From: an uncultured Gemmatimonadales bacterium
GTDB lineage: Bacteria > Gemmatimonadota > Gemmatimonadetes > Gemmatimonadales > GWC2-71-9
Reading direction: 5' to 3'
DNA length: 64,000 bases
NCBI GenBank assembly: GCA_963779755.1
Contig: CAVZZO010000003.1
Span: 1,344,001-1,408,000 of the forward strand
The notes under the pieces: generated by a model
What the model was told of the DNA's origin: nothing
The model's input: the letters and a program-made list of their open reading frames with translations, nothing else
The model's database searches: none
Shown here: positions 1 to 10,516 of the stretch, in pieces
Layout: each line of letters begins with the position of its first letter
Numbering within the stretch: the first letter of the stretch is position 1
Program-made: the position numbers and the translations under genes

Positions 1-2436
1 AGCCTGTTCCAGGAGCTCCGGTATGCGCTGCGGGCATTGCGCATGAGCCCGGGCTTCACGGCCGCCGCCGTGCTTACCCTGGCCATCGGCATCGGCGCCT
101 CGACCGCTGTGTTCAGCGTGGTAGACCAGTTGCTGATCCGGCCGCTGGGGTATCACGAGCCCGACCGGATCGTACGCCTGCTCAGTTACCGGCAGAAGGA
201 ATCCGGGACCGGTACCATTTCGGCGCCGGATTTCGCCGACTGGATCACCCAGTCCCGGGCATTCGCCTCCGCGGCGCTCTACGACGAGTACTCCCCCACC
301 CTCACCTCCGCCGGCGTGCCCCGGAAGCTGCAGGCCGCCTCCGTCAGCGCCTCGTATTTCGACGTCCTGGGCGTGCAGCCTGCGATCGGCCGGTTCTTTC
401 TCCCCGCGGAGGATGCCGGTGGATCCAGCCGGGTCGTCCTCAGTTGGAGCCTGTGGCGCGACGCGTTCGGGGCCGACCCGGCCGTGGTGGGCCGCGTGAT
501 CGACCTGAGCGGGTTTCCGTACACTGTGGTCGGCGTGGCACCACCCATGGAGGATCCCGGTCTGTCGGGCGGCGCGTTCGGCACTCCCCAGCTCTGGCGT
601 TCGACACCTCGGTACTTCCGGACGGCCGGCCGCGGCGGCCACTCCTTTACCGCTATCGCGCGGCTCAAGCCCGGCGTATCAGCCGCCCGCGCCGAGGCAC
701 AGCTCAATGCTGTCCAGCAACGCCTGGCCGGGCAGTTTCCCACCGAGGATGCCGACCGGGTGGTACGCGCGAGAATCCTGAAAGACACGCTGGTCGGCAG
801 CGTGCGGCCGGTTCTCTGGGTGCTGTTCGCGGCGGTCGGGCTGGTACTCCTCATCGCCTGCACCAATGTCGCCAACCTCCTGCTGTTCCGCGCCGCGGGA
901 CGGGCGCGCGAGATCGGCGTCCGCACCGCACTGGGCGCCTCGCGCGGAAGGATCATCCGGCAGCTGATGGGGGAGAGCCTGCTGCTCGCCGGCATCGGCG
1001 CGGCCGGCGGGGTGCTGCTTGCGGGCGGCATCATCAAGGCCATGGTGGCGCTTGCCGCCGGACAACTTCCCCGGGCCGGCGGCGTGCATATCGACGCCCG
1101 GGCGCTTCTGTTCGGCGTGGCCGCGGCCGGCGGCTGCGCTCTGGTCTTTGGACTCGCCCCGGCGCTTCATACCGCGCGGGTGGATGTGCTCGGCATGCTG
1201 GGCCAGGGCGGCCGGGGGATGGTGAGCCAGCGGGGCGGCCGGCTGCGGGCCGGCATGGTCGCCGTTCAGGTGGCCATAGCGGTGGTGGTGATGCTGGGAG
1301 CCGGGCTGCTGCTGCGCTCGCTGGCGCGGCTGCAGGCGATCAATCCCGGCCTGGCCGCCGAGCGGGTCCTGGTGCTTCGTGCCGATCCGCCCGGTGATCC
1401 CTACGATCCCTCCACCGAGGCCGGCGAAGCGGCGCTGCTCGGCCTGTACACGCAATTCCACGAACGGATTGCCGCGCTGCCCGGCGTACAGTCGGTCGGG
1501 ATGACCGACCTGTTGCCGATGTCCGGCAGCTTTAACAGCAACGGCTTTCGGATCGTCGGCCGTCCGGTGCCCGGGCCGGGGGAAGTCCCTTCGGCGGAAA
1601 CGCGCGCGGTGAGCCCGGGGTACTTCGCCACCATGGGCATTCCCCTGCTTCAGGGGCGGGGCATCCAGCCGTCGGACGACGCTGGGTCCGGGAAGGCCGT
1701 CGTCGTCAACCAGGCCTTCGTCCGCCGCTACCTCCCCAAGGCGGCGCCGCTGAACAGCCGCCTTCGAGTGTTCGCACCGGATGCCGCTCCAGCCCGGATC
1801 GTCGGAGTGGTGGGAGACGTGACGCAGTTCGCGCTCGACCGCCCCGCCGACCCCGTGATCTACGTGCCCCTCTCCCAGGCCCCCGACTACATGCAGGGCG
1901 AGCCGTGGATCGTGGTGCGAACCGCCGGCGAGCCCGCCGCGCTCACCGCTGCCGTGCGCCGCGCCATCCAGGAGGTCGAGCCGCACACACCGGTCTATGC
2001 CGCGCAGCCCATGACGGCGGTGATCGGCGCAACCCTGGCCCGCCCCCGCTTCCACACCGTGCTGCTGGCCGCGTTCGCCGCCATCGCCTTCATCCTCGCC
2101 TCCCTGGGCGTGTACGGCATGGTGGCGTATGCCGCCTCGCGCCGCCTCCCCGAGCTGGGGTTGCGGCTGGCGCTCGGCGCCGAGCCGGCGAATCTCCGGC
2201 GCTTTCTGATCGGCGGCGGGCTGCGCCCGGTCCTGATCGGCGCGGGTGCCGGCCTTCTCGGCGGCCTCCTCGCGGTGCGCCTCCTGCGGGGAATGGTCTA
2301 CGGGGTGGCTGCTACCGATCCGGCCACGTTCATCGCCGTTCCGCTGGCGCTCATCACCGTTGCAACCCTCGCGGCGTGGCTGCCCGCCCGCCGGGCATCG
2401 CGCGTGGATCCGATAGCCGTGCTGCGGGAAGAGTGA
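1..2436 (+). CDS. ADOP-family (MacB/FtsX-like duplicated) ABC permease #1, 5'-truncated by window
   Basis: Frame 1 is open from base 1 (SLFQELRYALRALRMSPGF...). Shows LTLAIGIGA, LLIACTNVANLLL, RxALGA twice and C-terminal [15 protein letters not shown]. Confidence 0.92.
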   Translation, partial: SLFQELRYALRALRMSPGFTAAAVLTLAIGIGASTAVFSVVDQLLIRPLGYHEPDRIVRLLSYRQKESGTGTISAPDFADWITQSRAFASAALYDEYSPTLTSAGVPRKLQAASVSASYFDVLGVQPAIGRFFLPAEDAGGSSRVVLSWSLWRDAFGADPAVVGRVIDLSGFPYTVVGVAPPMEDPGLSGGAFGTPQLWRSTPRYFRTAGRGGHSFTAIARLKPGVSAARAEAQLNAVQQRLAGQFPTEDADRVVRARILKDTLVGSVRPVLWVLFAAVGLVLLIACTNVANLLLFRAAGRAREIGVRTALGASRGRIIRQLMGESLLLAGIGAAGGVLLAGGIIKAMVALAAGQLPRAGGVHIDARALLFGVAAAGGCALVFGLAPALHTARVDVLGMLGQGGRGMVSQRGGRLRAGMVAVQVAIAVVVMLGAGLLLRSLARLQAINPGLAAERVLVLRADPPGDPYDPSTEAGEAALLGLYTQFHERIAALPGVQSVGMTDLLPMSGSFNSNGFRIVGRPVPGPGEVPSAETRAVSPGYFATMGIPLLQGRGIQPSDDAGSGKAVVVNQAFVRRYLPKAAPLNSRLRVFAPDAAPARIVGVVGDVTQFALDRPADPVIYVPLSQAPDYMQGEPWIVVRTAGEPAALTAAVRRAIQEVEPHTPVYAAQPMTAVIGATLARPRFHTVLLAAFAAIAFILASLGVYGMVAYAASRRLPELGLRLALGAEPANLRRFLIGGGLRPVLIGAGAGLLGGLLAVRLLRGMVYGVAATDPATFIAVPLALITVATLAAWLPARRASRVDPIAVLREE

Positions 2437-2506
2437 GCCGCGATACGAGATAACACCGGAGAGGTAAGGCGTGAGGCGCGCGGTGTGACGCCGGCGGCCT
2501 GACCGC

Positions 2507-2551
2507 CTGCCGGAGCCGGCACCCCGGACCGAGCGCCGCGCGCGAGAAGCC
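2507..2551 (+). repeat. 3' half of family-B hairpin element
   Basis: CTGCCGGAGCCGGCACCCCGGACCGAGCGCCGCGCGCGAGAAGCC matches the 3' arm of the copies at 12971 and 15697. Confidence 0.75.
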
Positions 2552-2591
2552 CAGGAACTGGAAGACCGCCTTACTGCCTGAAAGGAACCAG

Positions 2592-5051
2592 ATGCAGGGA
2601 CTCATCTCCGACATCCGCTACACCCTTCGCGGCATCCGCCGCAGCCCGGGTTTCGCCCTGATCGTAGTGCTGACGCTGGCGCTGGGCGTGGGGGCGAATG
2701 TCATGATCTTCACCCTGATCAACGGCGTTCTCCTCCGGCCGCCGCCCGGGGTGAGCCGGCCGGACCGGCTGGTCGCGATCTACACCAGCGACTATTCCGG
2801 GCCGCCCTACAGCGCGTCCTCCTGGCTGGACTACCAGGATTTCCGCTCCCAGTCCGCCACCCTGAGCGACATCGCAAGCTATGCGCCGAGGCCCATGGCC
2901 GTGAGCACCGGCAGCGAGAACTTCCGCGGATTCGGCGAGCTGGTGAGCGGGAACTATTTCCGGCTGCTCGGCGTGCACCCCGTCGTGGGACGGGTCTTCA
3001 GCGCGGGCGAGGGCGAGCAGCCGGGCGCCGATCCCGTCGTGGTCATCAGTTACTCCATGTGGCAGAACCGCTACGGCGGGGCACCCGATGTCGCCGGGCG
3101 CACCCTGCGCATCGCCGGCCACCCGTTCACCATCATCGGCGTGGCGCCGCGGGGCTTTTCCAGCCTGCTGCGCGGAATTGGCGTCGACCTCTGGGTGCCC
3201 CAGACCATGGGCGCGGTGGTGCAGCCGGGCAGTGATGTGCTCGAGCGCCGGAGCAGCCGGGGGCTCCTGCTGGTGGGGCGGCTGAAACCTCACGCCACCT
3301 TCCCGCAGGCCCAGGCGGACCTGTCGCTGGTCGCCCATCGGCTGCACGATGCCCATCCGGATTCCTGGACCGACGTCCGCAAACAGAGCCGTATCGTCTC
3401 GCTGGTTCCCCAGATCAAGGCCGGTGTGTTCCCCCGCATGCGGGGAGCCGTTGTCGGCTTCTTCGCCGTGCTCATGGTGGTGGCGGGGCTGGTGCTGGTG
3501 ATCTGTTGCGCCAACCTCGCCAATCTCCTCCTGGCCCGGGGAACGGGCCGGCAGAAGGAAGTGGCCATCCGCCTGGCGCTGGGCGCCAACCGGCGGCGTC
3601 TGGTGCGGCAGCTGGTCACCGAGAGCATGGCCCTCGCGCTCCTGGGAGGCGGCGTCGGCGTGCTGATCGCCACCCAGGCGGCCCGTCTGGTCCAGCGCCT
3701 TCAGCCCCCCCTGCCTATTCCTGTCAGCCTGAATCTGGCGCCCGACCTGCGTGTGCTCGTCTTCGCCGCCGCGGCCGCCACCCTGACGGGACTGGTCTTC
3801 GGGCTCTATCCGGCGCTCCGGGCCACGCGCCCCCAGCTCACCAGCATGCTGCATGAGAGCGCGCCGCTGTTGCGGATCATCGGCCGCAGGCTGGCGCTGC
3901 GCGATGTGCTGGTCGTGGGCCAGGTGGCGGTCTCCACGGTCCTGCTGATAGCCGCCGGTCTCTTTCTGCGCAGCCTGCAGAAGGCTCAGTCGCTCGACAT
4001 CGGATTTCAACCCGATCACCTGGCACTCGCGACCTTCGAGCTGGGCATCCAGGGATACACCGATGAGCGGGGCCGGATCTTCTACGACCAGCTGCTGGAG
4101 CAGGCGCGGCGGACGCCCGGCGTGGAATCGGCCAGCCTGGTGCGCGATCTCCCCTTGAGCGTGTCGTTCAGCCGGCGCGGCCTGCAGCGTATCGAGGGCT
4201 ACGAGCCGGGCCCGACCGAGGATATTGAGACGGGCTACAACGTGGTGGATACGGCCTATTTCCGCACCATGGGAGTTCACCTGGTCCGGGGCCGGGCATT
4301 CTCCAGCCAGGACCGCACCGGGGCGACACCGGTGGTGATCGTCAACCAGGCGTTCGCCCAGCGCTACTGGCCCGATCAGGATCCGCTGGGCAGGCACATC
4401 ACCTTCGCCGACGCGCCGGCGGAGGTCGTTGGCGTGGCCCAGACGGGAAAGTATGCCTCGCTGAGCGAGGAAGACCGGCCCTACTTCTATATCCCCTGGC
4501 GGCAGGAATACCAGGGGGATATGACGCTCCTCCTGCGCACGGCCGGGCCGCCGGGCGAGAGCTTTACCGCCATCCAGCGCGAGGCCGCCGCCATCGATCG
4601 TGACCTGCCGGTGCAGCTCACCACGATGGACGACCACCTGGGCTTCGCCACCCTCGCGCAGCGGATCGGCGCGGCCCTGCTCGGCGCCTTCGGTGCCGTC
4701 GGCATCCTGCTCGCCGGGATCGGCCTCTACGGCGTTATGGCCTATGTGGTCTCGCGCCGCACCCGCGAGATGGGGATCCGCATGGCGCTGGGCTCGGAAC
4801 GTTCCGCCGTCATGGGCCTGGTCCTCCGGCAGGCGTTCCGCCTCACGGCTATCGGGCTGGTCATCGGCATGGGAATCGCCGCCGCTATATGCCACCTCCT
4901 GGGGCGCTTCCTCCTTGGCGTCCCACCGCTCGACCCGCTGACCTTTGGCGCCGTCGTGCCGGTCTTCGCACTGGCCGCACTGGCCGCAAGCCTCGCGCCC
5001 GCCCGGCGGGCCACGCGGGTCGCACCGGTGGAGGCGCTGCGCGCGGAGTGA
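2592..5051 (+). CDS. ADOP-family ABC permease #2
   Basis: 819 aa; DIRYTLRGIRRSPGF start, duplicated MacB_PCD/FtsX layout, GAAAGGA RBS. Confidence 0.93.
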   Translation: MQGLISDIRYTLRGIRRSPGFALIVVLTLALGVGANVMIFTLINGVLLRPPPGVSRPDRLVAIYTSDYSGPPYSASSWLDYQDFRSQSATLSDIASYAPRPMAVSTGSENFRGFGELVSGNYFRLLGVHPVVGRVFSAGEGEQPGADPVVVISYSMWQNRYGGAPDVAGRTLRIAGHPFTIIGVAPRGFSSLLRGIGVDLWVPQTMGAVVQPGSDVLERRSSRGLLLVGRLKPHATFPQAQADLSLVAHRLHDAHPDSWTDVRKQSRIVSLVPQIKAGVFPRMRGAVVGFFAVLMVVAGLVLVICCANLANLLLARGTGRQKEVAIRLALGANRRRLVRQLVTESMALALLGGGVGVLIATQAARLVQRLQPPLPIPVSLNLAPDLRVLVFAAAAATLTGLVFGLYPALRATRPQLTSMLHESAPLLRIIGRRLALRDVLVVGQVAVSTVLLIAAGLFLRSLQKAQSLDIGFQPDHLALATFELGIQGYTDERGRIFYDQLLEQARRTPGVESASLVRDLPLSVSFSRRGLQRIEGYEPGPTEDIETGYNVVDTAYFRTMGVHLVRGRAFSSQDRTGATPVVIVNQAFAQRYWPDQDPLGRHITFADAPAEVVGVAQTGKYASLSEEDRPYFYIPWRQEYQGDMTLLLRTAGPPGESFTAIQREAAAIDRDLPVQLTTMDDHLGFATLAQRIGAALLGAFGAVGILLAGIGLYGVMAYVVSRRTREMGIRMALGSERSAVMGLVLRQAFRLTAIGLVIGMGIAAAICHLLGRFLLGVPPLDPLTFGAVVPVFALAALAASLAPARRATRVAPVEALRAE

Positions 5052-5075
5052 GAGGACGGCAAGACGGCAGGACGA

Positions 5076-5348
5076 CAAGCGCGAGCCCGAAGCCGATGCC
5101 TCCCGCAGCGCGCGTATGTGCCGTTGGAAAGGGCATGGAGATTCGCCCGGTGGCGCACTTCGGCGCGCGGAGGGAGGCTCGGCGAGGGCGAGCAGCAACA
5201 GGACCGAGTAAGAGGACGGCAAGCGCGAGCCCGAAGCTGATGCCTCCCGCAGCGCGCGTATGTGCCGTTGGCAAGAGCATGGAGACTCGCCCGGTGGCGC
5301 ACTTCGGCGCGCGGAGGGAGGCTCGGCGAGGGCGAGCAGCAACAGGAC
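5076..5348 (+). repeat. Two tandem ~129-bp direct repeats (period 144) carrying family-A rod-like hairpins (cores 5085-5189 and 5229-5333)
   Basis: Units 5076-5204 and 5220-5348 are nearly identical; nested stems GCCC/GGGC, GCCGA/TCGGC, GCCTCCC/GGGAGGC, GCGCGC/GCGCGC, GTGC/GCAC. Confidence 0.9.
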
Positions 5349-5356
5349 GGAGGACT

Positions 5357-5481
5357 GAGCGGGAAGCTGCAACGGTGCGAGGGCCGGGGGGCGGCGCAGG
5401 CACCACCGAACCGGGGAGTGGCGGGGTGGTATCGGTGCTGCCCGAGCGGCACGCCGGACCGAGCGCCGCGCGACAGAAGCC
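5357..5481 (+). repeat. Family-B hairpin element
   Basis: GGCACCACCGAACC...GGTATCGGTGCTGCC core shared with the copies at 12971, 15697 and 52778. Confidence 0.88.
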
Positions 5482-5558
5482 GAAAGGACTGAGGACTGAG
5501 GACCGAGCGGAATATCGGCCCGACAAGTCTGACCGCCCGACCGCCCGAAAGGACCGCA

Positions 5559-7979
5559 ATGCGCTCGTTCATCTCCGATTTCCGCCACGCCTGGCGGGGC
5601 CTCCGCAAGAGCCCCGGCTTTCTACTCACGGTCACCACCGTGCTGGCCCTGGGCATCGGCGGGACCGCCGTCATCTTCGCCGTCATCAACGCGGTGCTGC
5701 TGCGTCCGCTTCCCTTCCCCCACCAGGAAGAGTTGGTCCGGATCTTCAGTGCCAAGGGGGGGCAGCGATGGACCATGTCACCGCCCGATTTCACCGACAT
5801 GCGGCGGGAGACGCGTTCATTCACCGAACTGGCGGCCATGAACGAGGGAGACTACGCGCTCACCGGCGGCGGGCCCGCGGAACAGCTTTCCGGCGCGGCG
5901 GTGACGGGCGGCTTCTTCCCCGCTCTCGGAGTGCGGCCGCTCCTGGGCCGTACCATGACGCCGGCCGACGACGAGGCGGCAAGCGCGCGGGTGGCGGTCC
6001 TGGGCTACGGCCTCTGGCAGCGCCGGTTCGGCGGCGACCGGACCATCGTGGGCCGGACCATTCAACTGGACGGTGAGGCGACCCAGGTCATCGGGGTCAT
6101 GCCCGAAGGGTTCAAGTACCCCGACGGCTCCCAGGTCTGGCTCCAACTCCGGTTCACGCCCGAGGAGCTTCGCACCCAGCGCGGGGCGCACTACCTGGAT
6201 GTCCTGGGTCGGCTGAAGCGCGGAACCTCGATGGACGCCGCGGCGACCGATGTGGGACGGATTGCCGACAACCTGGCCGCGGCCTACCCCCGCACCAACG
6301 AAGGAGAAACGGCACGCATGACCGGACTGCGGGAGAGCATGGTGGGTGACGTCCGGACGCCTCTCATGATCCTGCTGGCGGCGGTCGGACTGGTCCTGCT
6401 CATCGCCTGCACCAACGTCGCGGGGCTGCTGCTGGTGCGCGGGTGGCGGCGCCAGCGGGAGCTGGCCATCCGTACCGCCCTGGGCGCCGCCCGGGGACAG
6501 ATCGTCCGCATCCTGCTGGCGGAGAGTGTGCTGTTGTCGGTGTTCGGCGGGTTGGGTGCCATCCTGCTCGCCGTCTGGGGCACGGCGCTCATCGCCGGCC
6601 TCACCGCGGTGCCCATCCCGCTCCTGGGGCAGACCCGGCTGGACTGGACCGTCCTGGGGTTCATCGCCGGGGTCGCCCTCCTGACCGCCGTCACCTTCGG
6701 CCTGGCCCCGGCCTGGCTGGTCTCGTCTCCCCGGGCGTTGCCGGAGCGCCTCAAGGCCGAGGGACGGGGAACAGCCGGGCGCCGCACCCGGAGCCGCCAC
6801 CTGCTGGTAATGATCGAGACCGCGCTCGCAGTGCTGCTGTTGACCAGCGCCGGGCTTCTGCTCCGGAGCTTCGAGCGCATGCGGCAGGTAGACCCGGGGT
6901 TCAATCCCGCGCACGTGCTCACCTTCGGGCTATCGCTCCCCGACGCAACCTACCCGCCGGAGCGCAGCGCGGCATTCATCCAGTCGCTCACCGAGCGGCT
7001 CGAGGCAGTCCCGGGGGTCGAATCGGCCGGGGCCATCTTCGGCCTGCCGCTCACCGGCTTCGGCTATTCCATCTCCGCCCTCACCCTGGACGGCCGCCAA
7101 CTCTCCCAGGAGGAGCAGGAACAGCTGAGCGTCCAGATCCGGGTGGTCACGCCGGATTTCTTCCGGGCGATGAGCATTCCCGTTCGCCGCGGACGCAGCA
7201 TCGAACCGGGCGACCGGGCGGGCACACCACCGGTCATCGTGGTGAACGAGGCGGCGGCCCGGCACATCTGGCCCGGCGCCGACCCGCTGGGGCACCACCT
7301 GGTGGTCGGCACCCGGCTCGGCCTGGGAGAGGAGCATGCGGGCGGGGAGGTGGTGGGCGTGATCGGCGACCTCAAGGACGAGAACCTGACCAGCCCGGCG
7401 GAGCCCACGATCTACCTCTCGCACGCGCAGTTCCCCACCGGGTACATGAGCATCGCCATACGTACCGGAGGCAACCCGCTGCTGCTCAACAACGCGGCCC
7501 GGCAAGCGCTGGCGGCGACCGATCCGGATGTGCCGATGTTCCGGGTGCGATCCATGGAACAACTGGTGGCGGCCAGTGTGGCGCAGCCGAAGCTCTACGC
7601 CGTACTGCTCACCATCTTCGCCGGAGTGGCGATCCTGCTGGCCGCCATCGGCCTGTACGGCGTGCTGGCGCAGGGCGTCGCCCAGCGGCGGCGAGAATTG
7701 GGGATCCGCATCGCGCTGGGCGCGCGTACCCGGGAAGTCGTCCGGCTGGTCCTGCGCCAGGCCTTCCTGCTGGCCGCTGCCGGGGTGGCCCTGGGCCTGC
7801 TGGCGGGCCTGCTGGCGACCCGGATCCTTACCGGGCTCCTCCACGGCGTGAACCCGCGAGACCCACTCACGCTGGGAGGGGTCACCCTCCTGCTGTTCGG
7901 GGTGTGCCTGCTGGCCAGCTGGCTGCCGGCGCGCCGCGCGGCGCGGGTGGAGCCGATGGATGTGTTGAGAGAGGAGTGA
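5559..7979 (+). CDS. ADOP-family ABC permease #3
   Basis: 806 aa with the family motifs; ends RRAARVEPMDVLREE. Confidence 0.93.
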   Translation: MRSFISDFRHAWRGLRKSPGFLLTVTTVLALGIGGTAVIFAVINAVLLRPLPFPHQEELVRIFSAKGGQRWTMSPPDFTDMRRETRSFTELAAMNEGDYALTGGGPAEQLSGAAVTGGFFPALGVRPLLGRTMTPADDEAASARVAVLGYGLWQRRFGGDRTIVGRTIQLDGEATQVIGVMPEGFKYPDGSQVWLQLRFTPEELRTQRGAHYLDVLGRLKRGTSMDAAATDVGRIADNLAAAYPRTNEGETARMTGLRESMVGDVRTPLMILLAAVGLVLLIACTNVAGLLLVRGWRRQRELAIRTALGAARGQIVRILLAESVLLSVFGGLGAILLAVWGTALIAGLTAVPIPLLGQTRLDWTVLGFIAGVALLTAVTFGLAPAWLVSSPRALPERLKAEGRGTAGRRTRSRHLLVMIETALAVLLLTSAGLLLRSFERMRQVDPGFNPAHVLTFGLSLPDATYPPERSAAFIQSLTERLEAVPGVESAGAIFGLPLTGFGYSISALTLDGRQLSQEEQEQLSVQIRVVTPDFFRAMSIPVRRGRSIEPGDRAGTPPVIVVNEAAARHIWPGADPLGHHLVVGTRLGLGEEHAGGEVVGVIGDLKDENLTSPAEPTIYLSHAQFPTGYMSIAIRTGGNPLLLNNAARQALAATDPDVPMFRVRSMEQLVAASVAQPKLYAVLLTIFAGVAILLAAIGLYGVLAQGVAQRRRELGIRIALGARTREVVRLVLRQAFLLAAAGVALGLLAGLLATRILTGLLHGVNPRDPLTLGGVTLLLFGVCLLASWLPARRAARVEPMDVLREE

Positions 7980-8030
7980 ACGGTGGTGAGGCGTGAGGCG
8001 TGAGGCGTGACCGCCCTGGAAAGGAGCCAC

Positions 8031-10511
8031 ATGCAGTCATTCATCTCCGACATACGTTACGCGCTGCGCGGCCTGCGCAAGAGCCCCGGGTTCGCGCTTA
8101 CCGCCGTGCTCACGCTGGCACTGGGGATCGGGGCCAACACGGCCATTTTCAGCGTGGTGGACGGCGTGCTGCTCCGGCCCGCGCCCTTCGAGCACCTGGA
8201 CCGGCTCGCGATGATCTGGGAGACCGACCGGAACAGCGGGACGACGCATGAACCGGCATCCGTCCCCGACTATCTCGACTTCAAGTCCCGGTCACGGCAG
8301 TTCGAACGCCTCGCGGCCTTCCAAGGCGCCGAGGTCAACTTCACCCCCGATAACGGGCAACCCACGCGGCTGGCGGCGCTCGCGGTCACGCACGATTTCT
8401 TCGGGCTGACCGGCGTCCGCCCACTGGTCGGCCGGGGCTTCACCGCCTCCGAGGACGCGGTGGGCGGGCCCGGGGTAGTCATGATCGGCGAAGGGATGTG
8501 GCGGGAGTATTTCGCCCGCGACCCGGTCATCATCGGCCGGAGCATCCGGATCGACGGCGTGTCCCGGACGATCGTGGGTGTGGTCCCGGCCGACGCCGAT
8601 TTCGGCGTCTTCCAGATTCTCAAGTCCGCCGCCTACAGCCGCGCCTTCGCCGACCGCGGCGTCCGGGCCGACGTGCAGATCTGGGCTCCGCTCCGGCCCG
8701 ACCCGGCGAGCTCGCCGCGGGACACGCATCCCATCTTCGTGCTCGGGCGCCTCGCGCCGGCGGCGACCCTGTCCACCGGCCAGCAGGAGATGGCCGGGAT
8801 CGCCGCCGACCTCGAAGCGGCGTATTCCTCCAATGACGCCCGCGGCGTCATGGTCGAGCCCCTCGACCAGGTGGTGTTCGGGCCGGTGCGCCCGGCGCTC
8901 TACATCCTGCTCGGGGCGGTCGGGCTCGTCCTGCTGGTGGCCTGTGTCAATGTGGCGAACCTCCTGCTGGCCCGCGGAACCACACGCACCCGGGCCCTCG
9001 CCGTCCGCGCCGCGCTGGGCGCCGGCCGCGGCCGCCTGGCCCGGCAGTTCCTCCTGGAAGGCATCGTGCTGGCGCTGGCGGGCGGCGCAGCCGGGACGCT
9101 CCTCGCCGTCTGGGGCACGCGGGCCCTGCTCGCGATCGCTCCGGCGGACATCCCCCGCGTTACCTCCATCGGCGTGGATGCTCCGGTGCTGGGAGCGACA
9201 CTGGGCATCACCATTCTTGTCGGCCTGGTCTTCGGGCTGGTTCCGACGCTGCAGGCGACGCGCCTCGATGTGCAGCACGCGCTCAAGGTGGAGGGAGCGG
9301 GCCGGCTCGCCGGCGGGGCGGGAGGACGGATCCGCTCGATCCTGGTGATTTCGCAGCTGGCCCTCGCCGTCGCGCTGCTGGCGGGAGCGGGCCTCCTGAT
9401 CCGCAGCTTCTGGCGCCTCCAGGCGGTGGATACCGGGTTCCATACGGCGGGTGTGCTCAAGGCGGAATTCCAGCTTCCCCGCTCACGCTACCCGGTGGAC
9501 TTTTCCGTGTGGCCCAACTTCCGGGAGATGCACCTCTTCAACCGGCAGCTCCTGGAGCGCGTGGCGGCGCTTCCCGGCGTGCAGGCGGAGGCGATCGCCG
9601 GGAACGGTCCGCTGGATGCCGGGTTCACCAACTCGTTCGCGGTAGTCGGCCGCGAAGCCGAGGCGGAACACTGGCCCGAGATCTCGGTACGGCGGGTTAC
9701 CCCCGGGTACCTCCGGACGGTAGGCCTGGGCCTGGTGCGGGGGAGATCCTTCGAGGCCTCGGACGGAACCGCCTCGGCGCCGGTCGTGCTGGTGAATGAA
9801 GCGGCGGTCCGCCGGTTCTTCCCGGGGCGCGACCCGATCGGTGCGCAGATCCGGCTCTGGGGCAGTGCACGGACCATCGTGGGCGTCGCGGGCGATGAGC
9901 GCTTCCACGGCCTGGCGCAGGCGGCGCCGGCGGCGGTCTATCTCCCGCTGGCACAGGCGCCGTCGGTGGACGGCGCCGAGACGCTCCTGCTGCGCGTGAG
10001 CGGCAACCCGGCAGCCCTGGCCGCCGATGTGCGGCGGGCGATTCACAGCGTGGACCCCGCACTGGCGGCTTTCGGGGTCGAACCGCTGCGCCGGACATTG
10101 GAGCGGTCGGTAGGCAGCCGGCGCTTCACCATGGTCCTGCTCGGCCTCTTCGCCGCGCTGGCCGCGGCGCTGGCGGCCATTGGCATCCACGGCGTGCTGA
10201 GCTTCACCGTCGCCCGCCGCACCCGGGAGCTGGGCATCCGGGTCGCTTTGGGCGCGCGCGGGGGGCAAGTCATGGGACTGATCCTGCGTCAGGCACTGAG
10301 GCTGACCGGTGCCGGCCTCCTCATCGGCATCGCCGGCGCACTCCTGCTGAGCCGGCTTCTGCGGAGCCAGCTCTACGGCACCACACCGACCGATCCGCTC
10401 ACCTTTGTCATCGTGGCTGTGGTGCTGGGGCTGGTCGCGCTGCTGGCCGGCGCCATCCCGGCCCACCGCGCCACGCGGATCGATCCGATGACCGCGCTGC
10501 GAGAGGAGTGA
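8031..10511 (+). CDS. ADOP-family ABC permease #4
   Basis: ATG at 8031 after [29 protein letters not shown]...DPMTALREE. Confidence 0.93.
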   Translation: MQSFISDIRYALRGLRKSPGFALTAVLTLALGIGANTAIFSVVDGVLLRPAPFEHLDRLAMIWETDRNSGTTHEPASVPDYLDFKSRSRQFERLAAFQGAEVNFTPDNGQPTRLAALAVTHDFFGLTGVRPLVGRGFTASEDAVGGPGVVMIGEGMWREYFARDPVIIGRSIRIDGVSRTIVGVVPADADFGVFQILKSAAYSRAFADRGVRADVQIWAPLRPDPASSPRDTHPIFVLGRLAPAATLSTGQQEMAGIAADLEAAYSSNDARGVMVEPLDQVVFGPVRPALYILLGAVGLVLLVACVNVANLLLARGTTRTRALAVRAALGAGRGRLARQFLLEGIVLALAGGAAGTLLAVWGTRALLAIAPADIPRVTSIGVDAPVLGATLGITILVGLVFGLVPTLQATRLDVQHALKVEGAGRLAGGAGGRIRSILVISQLALAVALLAGAGLLIRSFWRLQAVDTGFHTAGVLKAEFQLPRSRYPVDFSVWPNFREMHLFNRQLLERVAALPGVQAEAIAGNGPLDAGFTNSFAVVGREAEAEHWPEISVRRVTPGYLRTVGLGLVRGRSFEASDGTASAPVVLVNEAAVRRFFPGRDPIGAQIRLWGSARTIVGVAGDERFHGLAQAAPAAVYLPLAQAPSVDGAETLLLRVSGNPAALAADVRRAIHSVDPALAAFGVEPLRRTLERSVGSRRFTMVLLGLFAALAAALAAIGIHGVLSFTVARRTRELGIRVALGARGGQVMGLILRQALRLTGAGLLIGIAGALLLSRLLRSQLYGTTPTDPLTFVIVAVVLGLVALLAGAIPAHRATRIDPMTALREE

Positions 10512-10516
10512 ATATC

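Noticed and set aside
5076..5348. Hammerhead ribozyme or tRNA
   Set aside because: No CTGATGA plus GAAA core (only CTGATGC in one copy) and no cloverleaf or TTCGA T-loop.
2571..5588. 1005-aa minus-strand ORF and other long antisense ORFs (e.g. 18454-20325, 41189-42847, 44998-46686, 50281-52149)
   Set aside because: Shadow frames of high-GC genes with no recognisable motifs.
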